Origin: Acidobacteriota bacterium
Lineage (GTDB): Bacteria > Acidobacteriota > UBA890 > WLXD01
DNA length: 64,000 nucleotides
Direction: 5' to 3'
Assembly (NCBI GenBank): GCA_965248695.1
Contig: CBDFKD010000002.1
Coordinates: 3,104,001-3,168,000, forward strand
Shown: positions 58,059 through 64,000 of the stretch, piece by piece
How the letters are laid out: the number at the start of each line of letters is the position of its first letter
Numbering within the stretch: the stretch's first letter is position 1
Position numbers and translations under genes: made by a program
Notes under the pieces: model-generated
Databases searched by the model: none
Seen by the model: only the letters and a program-made list of their open reading frames with translations
What the model was told of the DNA's origin: nothing

Positions 58059-59254
58059 AGAAGGCACTCGTTGTGGGGGGTGTGGCGATCGTCCTGCTGA
58101 CGGCGTTCTCCTGGCAGGCCAATGGCCAGCTGGCTCCCGTCCCCGTGGGCCAGCCGCTCGCCGGCATCACGCCCGACGAGTTCGAGCGTTTCCGCCTCGG
58201 CCTGGAGGATTTTCTCGAGGTAGAGAACGCCGAGGAGGGCCTCGGGCCCGCCTACAACGGCACCAGCTGCGGCGTCTGCCACAGCATCCCCGCGGTCGGC
58301 GGCAGTGGGCTCACCACCGAGCTGCGCTTCGGTACCCTCAACGCCGCGGGAGACTTCCAGCCGCCCCTGCTACCGGATGGCACTCCCGGTGACACGCTGT
58401 TCCAGGTGTTCTCTACCCCGGACCACGCCTGCCAGCCCGTTCCCCCGACAGACGTCAACGTGGCGGCGCGGCGCATTCCGATTCCGTTGTTCGGTGCCGG
58501 CCTGGTGAATGCGATTACCGACGCCGATATCGCCGCGGGGGCCGATCCGGACGACCTCGACCTCGACGGCATCAGCGGACGGGCGGCGCTGGTACAGGAC
58601 GTCGAGACGGGTCAGATGCGTATCGGACGCTTCGGGTGGAAAGCGCAGATCGCGACCCTGCGAACGTTCGCCGGCGATGCCTACCGCAACGAGATGGGCA
58701 TCACCAACGAGATCTTCCCACTGGAGCTCGCCTTCGGGATTCCGGCCGAGAAGATGATTCTCTGCGACCCCTTCCCTGATCCGGAGGACGTCCCCGATCC
58801 GGTGACCGGCTTGAGCGGCGTCGACAACTTCGCCGCCTTCATGCAGTTCCTCGCACCGCCGCCACGCGCCGCAGCAACCGGTGCATCACAGCAGGGGGAA
58901 GACGTTTTCGCATCGATCGGATGTTCCGGCTGCCATGTGCCAACGCTGCGCACCGGCCCGTCCGACAACCGTCTGTTCGACCGGCAGCCGGTGCCGCTGT
59001 TCTCGGATCTGTTGCTGCACGATATCGGCACCGGCGACGGCATCGGCCAGGCTGACGCGGGACCAAACGAGATTCGCACCCCGGCGCTCTGGGGGCTGAG
59101 ATTTCGCCGCATCCTGCTGCACGACGGCTCTGCCGGATCGATCGGCGCCGCCATCCAACGGCATGGGGTAGAGGCCGTCGCCGCCCGCAAGGCGTTTCGG
59201 CGACTGGACAGAAGCAGCCGACAGGCGTTGCTGGAGTTCCTGCGATCCCTCTAG
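58055..59254 (+). CDS. Di-haem c-type protein (di-heme oxidoredictase, DHOR-like)
   Basis: GLGPAYNGTSCGVCH, PLFGAGL, DPDDLDLDGISGR, GRFGWKA, EMGIT, GCSGCH, SDLLLHD, RTPALWG, LHDG. Confidence 0.9.
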   Translation: MKKALVVGGVAIVLLTAFSWQANGQLAPVPVGQPLAGITPDEFERFRLGLEDFLEVENAEEGLGPAYNGTSCGVCHSIPAVGGSGLTTELRFGTLNAAGDFQPPLLPDGTPGDTLFQVFSTPDHACQPVPPTDVNVAARRIPIPLFGAGLVNAITDADIAAGADPDDLDLDGISGRAALVQDVETGQMRIGRFGWKAQIATLRTFAGDAYRNEMGITNEIFPLELAFGIPAEKMILCDPFPDPEDVPDPVTGLSGVDNFAAFMQFLAPPPRAAATGASQQGEDVFASIGCSGCHVPTLRTGPSDNRLFDRQPVPLFSDLLLHDIGTGDGIGQADAGPNEIRTPALWGLRFRRILLHDGSAGSIGAAIQRHGVEAVAARKAFRRLDRSSRQALLEFLRSL

Positions 59255-59401
59255 TCGCAGTCTCGGCGTTGGCCGAGATCGCCCCGGGCACCTGCCATCG
59301 GCGCCGCTCACGCCTGATAGATTCGCTCTCTCGTGATGCGGTCGGTCACGAGCCGCCCGTTGTCCGCGCCCTGTTGATCCACCGCTCACAGGAACGACCC
59401 C

Positions 59402-60436
59402 GTGATCCGCACCCACGCCCTCTCGAAGATCTACAACGTGCCGATCAAGGAGCCGGGGCTGTGGAACTCGGTGCGCTCACTGTTCAATCGCGAGTACCGA
59501 GATGTACGCGCCGTCGACGAGATCGAGCTGGAGATCCAGCCCGGCGAGCGGGTCGGCTTCCTGGGGCCCAATGGCGCCGGCAAGACAACGACGCTGAAGA
59601 TGCTCACGGGCCTGCTGTACCCCACCTCGGGTAGCTGCGAGGTAGCGGGTTACACACCCTCGGACCGGCATCCGGATTTCCTCAAGTCGGTAACCCTGGT
59701 GATGGGACAGAAGCAGCAGCTGCTGTGGGATCTGGCCCCGACCGAGACGTTCGCGCTGAACCGCGCGCTGTTCGATGTACCGCACGCGGAGTTTCAAGAG
59801 ATCCGCGACGAGCTCGTGGAGCTGCTCGATCTCGCAGAGTTCATGGACCAGCCGGCGCGCAACCTCTCGCTCGGGCAGCGCATGCGCTGTGAGCTGGCGG
59901 CGTCGCTGCTGCATCGGCCCGCGGTGCTGTTCCTCGACGAGCCGACGATCGGGCTCGACGTGCAGGTACAGCGAACCGTGCGTAGGTTCGTGAAGGCCTA
60001 TCAGCAACGATACGGAGCGACGGTCATGCTCACGAGCCATGACATGGCGGACGTCGGGGCCATCGCTGAGCGCATCGTCCTCATCGATCAGGGGGTGATC
60101 CGATTCGACGGCCGCCTGGAGGCGTTCCAGCAGACCTTCGGTGGTGGGCGACGCGTGGTGACACGCAGCTCCGACGGCCTCCAAGACCTCGGTTTCATCG
60201 CCGACGAACCCGGGCGTTGGGTGGCCACCGTCCGACCCGAAGAGGTCAACAGCCTGCTCGGGGAGGTGCTGCGGCGGCATCCCGATGCCGACGTTACGAT
60301 CGAGGATCCGCCGCTGGAGGAGGTGCTAGCCACCGCTTTCGCTCGTGAGAGCGGTTCGGACGAGTCAGCGGTGACTCCATCACCCGCACCCGAAGTGTCG
60401 CAGTCAGAGTCCACGGGCGCTCTGGAGGAGCCGTGA
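59402..60436 (+). CDS. ABC transporter ATP-binding protein
   Basis: GPNGAGKTT, LVMGQKQQLLWDL, LSLGQRMRCELAA, FLDEPTIGLD. Confidence 0.94.
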   Translation: MIRTHALSKIYNVPIKEPGLWNSVRSLFNREYRDVRAVDEIELEIQPGERVGFLGPNGAGKTTTLKMLTGLLYPTSGSCEVAGYTPSDRHPDFLKSVTLVMGQKQQLLWDLAPTETFALNRALFDVPHAEFQEIRDELVELLDLAEFMDQPARNLSLGQRMRCELAASLLHRPAVLFLDEPTIGLDVQVQRTVRRFVKAYQQRYGATVMLTSHDMADVGAIAERIVLIDQGVIRFDGRLEAFQQTFGGGRRVVTRSSDGLQDLGFIADEPGRWVATVRPEEVNSLLGEVLRRHPDADVTIEDPPLEEVLATAFARESGSDESAVTPSPAPEVSQSESTGALEEP

Positions 60437-61236
60437 GCATCGTCCGCGTGAGCCGCGCGATGCCGGCAATGTTTCGCATTGGCTTCGCGGAGCTGGTCGC
60501 CTATCGAGCCGAGATGGTGATCTGGATCCTCACGGCGACCATGCCGCTGATCATGCTGGCGCTGTGGAACTCGGTCGTCGCGGAGGCGCCGGTCGCCGGT
60601 TATGGCCCGACCGAGATCACGCGCTACTTCGCAGCAACATTGGTGGTGCGACAGCTGACATCGGGCTGGGTGCTGTGGCACCTGAACTGGATGATCCGCA
60701 CCGGCGGCCTGTCAACGAAGCTACTACGCCCCATCAATCCGCTGGTCTACGAAGCCGTGACCATGATCACGGCGATGCCGGTGCGACTGGTTGTCGTCGC
60801 CCCGATGATTGTGGGGCTGGTCCTATGGCGTCCGGAGCTGCTCGCCTGGCCGGGGTTGGAGGCACTGGCGCTGTTCGCGCTCAGCGTGCTGCTGGCGTGG
60901 CTCATGACGTTCCAGGTGCAGGCGCTGTTCGGCATGCTGGCGTTCTGGACCGATCAGAGCGAGGGCATGTTCGGCGTCTGGTTCGTGATGTGGATGCTGT
61001 TGTCAGGCTACCTGGCGCCGCTCGACATGTTCCCCGAACCGATGCAGGCGATTTTCGACTGGCTACCGTTCCGCGGCATGATCGCGGTTCCGGTCGAGCT
61101 GCTCGGTGGCTTCCTGGCGCCCCGGGAGGCGCTCTTCGACATCGGCGTGCAGGTGATGTGGGTGACGGTGCTGGGCGCAGCTTCAGCAGCCACCTGGCGT
61201 CGCGGCATCCGCCGCTATGGAGCGTTCGGTGCCTGA
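60433..61236 (+). CDS. ABC-2 family permease (DUF990-like)
   Basis: LVAYRAE, IRTGGLSTKLLRP, LSGYLAPLDMFP, WRRGIRRY. Confidence 0.88.
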   Translation: MSIVRVSRAMPAMFRIGFAELVAYRAEMVIWILTATMPLIMLALWNSVVAEAPVAGYGPTEITRYFAATLVVRQLTSGWVLWHLNWMIRTGGLSTKLLRPINPLVYEAVTMITAMPVRLVVVAPMIVGLVLWRPELLAWPGLEALALFALSVLLAWLMTFQVQALFGMLAFWTDQSEGMFGVWFVMWMLLSGYLAPLDMFPEPMQAIFDWLPFRGMIAVPVELLGGFLAPREALFDIGVQVMWVTVLGAASAATWRRGIRRYGAFGA

Positions 61237-62023
61237 GCTACTACGCCAGCTCCGCGCGGTCAGGGCGCTGCTGCGTGTGTCGCTGGCGACGGTGATGCAG
61301 TACCGCAGCAACTTCCTGCTCGAGATGGCGACCGGCGTGCTGCGCTCCGTCGGCAGCGTCGCCCCGCTGGCACTGGTGTTTTGGCACCGCGACAGCATCG
61401 GCGGGTGGGAGCTGCCGCACGCTCTGCTGGTGATAGCGTTTTTCATGGTGATGAGCGGCATCCAGTCGGGCATCTTCGAGCCCAACCTGGGCGAGGCGGT
61501 CGAGTCGATCCGCACCGGCACCCTCGACTTGATGCTCATGAAACCGGTCGACGCGCAGCTGCTGGTGAGCCTGCGAAAGTTCCACGCCGCGGCGGTGTGG
61601 GACCTGGTCGCGGGCGTGGTGGTCGCGGTCGTCGCCAGCGCCTCGCTACCGACGGCGGGGATCGCGGACCTGGCGTTGGCCGTAGCCCTGTTCGGCACCG
61701 GCGTGGTGGCGATGTATGGACTCTGGCTGCTGGCGATCTGCGTCAGCTTCTTCTTCGTGCGCGTCGACAACCTGCGCTTTCTGTTGTGGGCAGTCACCGA
61801 TGCCGGCCGCTGGCCGATCGACGTGTTCACCGGAATGGCGCGCTTCCTGCTGGTCGCGCTGGTGCCGGTAGCATTAATCACCAGCTTCCCTGCCGACGCC
61901 GTGCGTGGCACCTGGTCGCTGCAGACTCTGGCGGTCGCCGGCACCGTGTCGCTGGCGTTCCTGGTGGGCTCGCGCTGGGCATGGAAACGAAGCCTGGCGA
62001 ACTACACCTCGGCCAGCTCGTAG
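61229..62023 (+). CDS. ABC-2 family permease (DUF990-like), second subunit
   Basis: MQYRSNF, IRTGTLDLMLMKPVDAQ, GRWPIDVF, YTSASS. Confidence 0.88.
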   Translation: MPELLRQLRAVRALLRVSLATVMQYRSNFLLEMATGVLRSVGSVAPLALVFWHRDSIGGWELPHALLVIAFFMVMSGIQSGIFEPNLGEAVESIRTGTLDLMLMKPVDAQLLVSLRKFHAAAVWDLVAGVVVAVVASASLPTAGIADLALAVALFGTGVVAMYGLWLLAICVSFFFVRVDNLRFLLWAVTDAGRWPIDVFTGMARFLLVALVPVALITSFPADAVRGTWSLQTLAVAGTVSLAFLVGSRWAWKRSLANYTSASS

Positions 62024-62060
62024 CGGTGCAGATTCGCCCTGGCCAGCGTAGCGGCCTGAC

Positions 62061-62243
62061 CTAACCGGCGCGCTCTTGCTATCGAGGGCAGTACGCTCGT
62101 TTCGCTACGGCGTCAGCCCGGCGGACCCGATGTCGTTCGTTGTCGTCGTCGCCCTGCTGGCCGCGATCACGGCGCTCGCCGCCTGGTTGCCGGCACGGCG
62201 CGCCGCACGCATCGACCCCGTTCGAGCGCTCGGCAAAGACTAG
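62061..62243 (+). pseudogene. C-terminal remnant of a MacB/FtsX-type (acidobacterial ADOP-like) permease
   Basis: Manual translation LTGALLLSRAVRSFRYGVSPADPMSFVVVVALLAAITALAAWLPARRAARIDPVRALGKD*; in-frame TAG at 62049 just upstream. Confidence 0.8.
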
Positions 62244-62282
62244 CGGTCCCTTCAGGAGGGTACCGGCGGCGAAAACCGCACC

Positions 62283-62930
62283 CTACTGGGCGTCGTCGAA
62301 GTCGACATTCCAGTGGGTACCGTCACAGAACGGCTTGTTCTTCGACCCCCCGCATCTGCAGAGCGTGAAGGGCCCGTCGAGAGCACCCTCGGCCCGCGGC
62401 ACATCGACGAGCTCGCAGTCTCCGGTGAGCACGTAGGGACCACCGCCAACGACAGCGATGCGCGGCTCGTCCTGCGCGCCGCGTTGCTCAACGCCATCGA
62501 TTGAATAGCTCAGGGCACCGGACGGACACTGCCCCACCGTGGCGATCACCTCGTCCGCTGTGGCCCCATCGGCATCGATCCAGGGCTCCTGCCGAAGCCG
62601 GAACACGGACGGGAGGCCGTCGGTACAACGGCCGGCATGGGCGCAGATGCTGCGGTTGTCGTGCACCGTGATCTCCGCGCCGACATACGTGTCTCGCCTG
62701 TTCTTGGCGGCATCGGCGGTGTTGTCGCCCGAGAACCCGTTGCGTGAGTGCGTTCCGTCGCAGAACGGTTTGCTGTTCGAGCCGCCGCACCGACACAGCG
62801 CAATCGTGCCGCTCGTTTCAAGCTCGCCCGAGGCAGTGGCGACATGCTCGAAATTTTTGGCGAGATACGGGCCGTCTTCCTTGACGCTGATCGTCGGCTT
62901 GTTGTCTGTCACCGATTCCTCCGTGGTCAT
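62283..62930 (-). CDS. CDGSH iron-sulfur protein (CDGSH - divergent 4Fe-4S - CDGSH)
   Basis: Two LCRCGGS..KPFCDGTH motifs flanking ICAHAGRC...QCPSGALSY. Confidence 0.92.
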   Translation of the reverse strand: MTTEESVTDNKPTISVKEDGPYLAKNFEHVATASGELETSGTIALCRCGGSNSKPFCDGTHSRNGFSGDNTADAAKNRRDTYVGAEITVHDNRSICAHAGRCTDGLPSVFRLRQEPWIDADGATADEVIATVGQCPSGALSYSIDGVEQRGAQDEPRIAVVGGGPYVLTGDCELVDVPRAEGALDGPFTLCRCGGSKNKPFCDGTHWNVDFDDAQ

Positions 62931-62940
62931 CGCGTGTCGG

Positions 62941-63282
62941 TCAGGGCGCGAACATCTGCGCTAGCACACGTAGCGAGCTGTCCAGCGCCTTGGTGGAGAG
63001 CGTACCGAGTCGTTTGATCAGGCGGCGGCTATCTACCGTACGGATCTGATCGATTACGACGTGCCCGGATCGCGACTGAAAACGGCACGGCACCCGGAAC
63101 GGGTAGCTGTGACTGCTTGTCGTCAGGGGAGCGACGATGTGGGTGCGGAGGTGCGCGTTCAACTCGTCTGGTGAAACCACCACACACGGTCGGGTCTTGC
63201 GAATCTCGTCGCCGCGCGTCGGGTCGAGGTCGATCAGATAAACGTCACCGCGCCGAACCTTGGCGGCGCCTACCAATGCCAT
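62941..63282 (-). CDS. mazF: PemK/MazF family toxin
   Basis: RRGDVYLIDLDPTRGDEIRKTRPCVVVS, VAPLT, DQIRTVD. Confidence 0.94.
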   Translation of the reverse strand: MALVGAAKVRRGDVYLIDLDPTRGDEIRKTRPCVVVSPDELNAHLRTHIVAPLTTSSHSYPFRVPCRFQSRSGHVVIDQIRTVDSRRLIKRLGTLSTKALDSSLRVLAQMFAP

Positions 63283-63518
63283 TCGCCGCGGTCGAAGTCC
63301 GTCGGCTGCGCTTCATCGAATTCGGAATCCCGCCCTACGGTTGCCAGCGCTGCAGCGGCGTCAGACCAGCCGTTGCGAGCCGTCGCTGGGCGGGCGATCA
63401 CAATCTCCCCCTCGCGCACGACGAGCTCAACTTCCTCGTCGAGGCCAGCCTGCTCGATGAGCAGCTTCGGCAACCGCACACCGCGGGAATTGCCAATCCG
63501 TACGAGTCTGCTTTTCAC
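63270..63518 (-). CDS. mazE: AbrB/MazE family antitoxin
   Basis: LVRIGNSRGVRLPKLLIEQAGL; overlaps the toxin start. Confidence 0.93.
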   Translation of the reverse strand: MKSRLVRIGNSRGVRLPKLLIEQAGLDEEVELVVREGEIVIARPATARNGWSDAAAALATVGRDSEFDEAQPTDFDRGEWHW

Positions 63519-63536
63519 TTCAATCTCCGCGTCAAC

Positions 63537-63555
63537 GTAATTACATAGTAATTAC
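63537..63555. promoter_or_regulatory. Probable MazEF autoregulatory operator
   Basis: GTAATTAC-ATA-GTAATTAC, two self-complementary 8-mers just upstream of mazE. Confidence 0.7.
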
Positions 63556-63670
63556 ATCTGTCGCGAGCATCAAGCTGCAACGGAAGCAGCGGCCGTCCGA
63601 AGACTCTCCTGTTCCCGACGGCCACGGCGCGGTAACCTGCCCGACCTTCGGCCGGACCCAGGAGACGTCG

Positions 63671-64000
63671 ATGCGCGTGCTGTCTTTCGCTCTGCTGTTG
63701 ATGTTGCTGACCCTCCAGGCTTTGACGCCATCGTTCGGTCATGCGATCGCCCCGCAAGAAAGCTCAGACACCGACCTCGAAGAACTGTTCGGCGACCTCG
63801 CCTGGCGCTCCATTGGCCCCGCCTTCATGGGTGGACGCACCGTCGACCTGGCCGGCGTGCCCGGACGGCCGAACATGCTCTACATGGCCACTGCCTCCGG
63901 CGGCCTGTGGCGCACCGAGGATCGGGGCACCACGTGGGAGTCGATCTTCGACGACGGCGGGACGCTGTCACTCGGCGCGGTTGCCATTGCCCCATCGGAC
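63671..64000 (+). CDS. Exported BNR/Asp-box (VPS10/sortilin-like) propeller protein, N-terminal part (runs off the window edge)
   Basis: Manual translation ...LAWRSIGPAFMGGRTVDLAGVPGRPNMLYMATASGGLWRTEDRGTTWESIFD. Confidence 0.88.
   Translation, partial: MRVLSFALLLMLLTLQALTPSFGHAIAPQESSDTDLEELFGDLAWRSIGPAFMGGRTVDLAGVPGRPNMLYMATASGGLWRTEDRGTTWESIFDDGGTLSLGAVAIAPSD

Noticed and set aside
62941-63518. mazEF as a novel defence system
   Set aside because: Canonical type II toxin-antitoxin pair with a typical operator
44612-64000. Possible genomic island integrated at the ssrA 3' end
   Set aside because: No integrase and no duplicated tmRNA 3' end found in the window; composition of downstream genes looks host-like

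Overview
High-GC (visually about 65-70%) bacterial chromosomal segment. It is most likely Acidobacteriota, inferred from a GWxTD protein, a remnant of an acidobacterial-type orphan permease and the ECF sigma/anti-sigma style. Housekeeping genes: glnS fused to a GatB/YqeY domain, gatC-gatA, tatD, a stand-alone tRNA-binding domain, radC, pfkA, a ctpA-like S41 protease and tmRNA with tag ANTPVALAA. It also carries many exported peptidases/hydrolases, two ABC exporters and a mazEF pair. No CRISPR array, tRNA, rRNA, transposase or integrase was seen. The best candidates for something new are: (1) a porin + stand-alone CuA cupredoxin + di-haem (DHOR-type) protein operon behind tandem DtxR/MntR-like boxes (56281-59254); (2) a cobalt-type nitrile hydratase operon whose alpha subunit has a twin-arginine-like N-terminus and His-rich tract (45229-47761); (3) several small non-autonomous palindromic elements, two of which share an internal core but have unrelated terminal inverted repeats, and whose ends often supply TAG stop codons; (4) a methyltransferase gene bracketed by a 30-bp duplication of its neighbour's 3' end. 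All family calls come from motif recognition by eye; no database searches were run.
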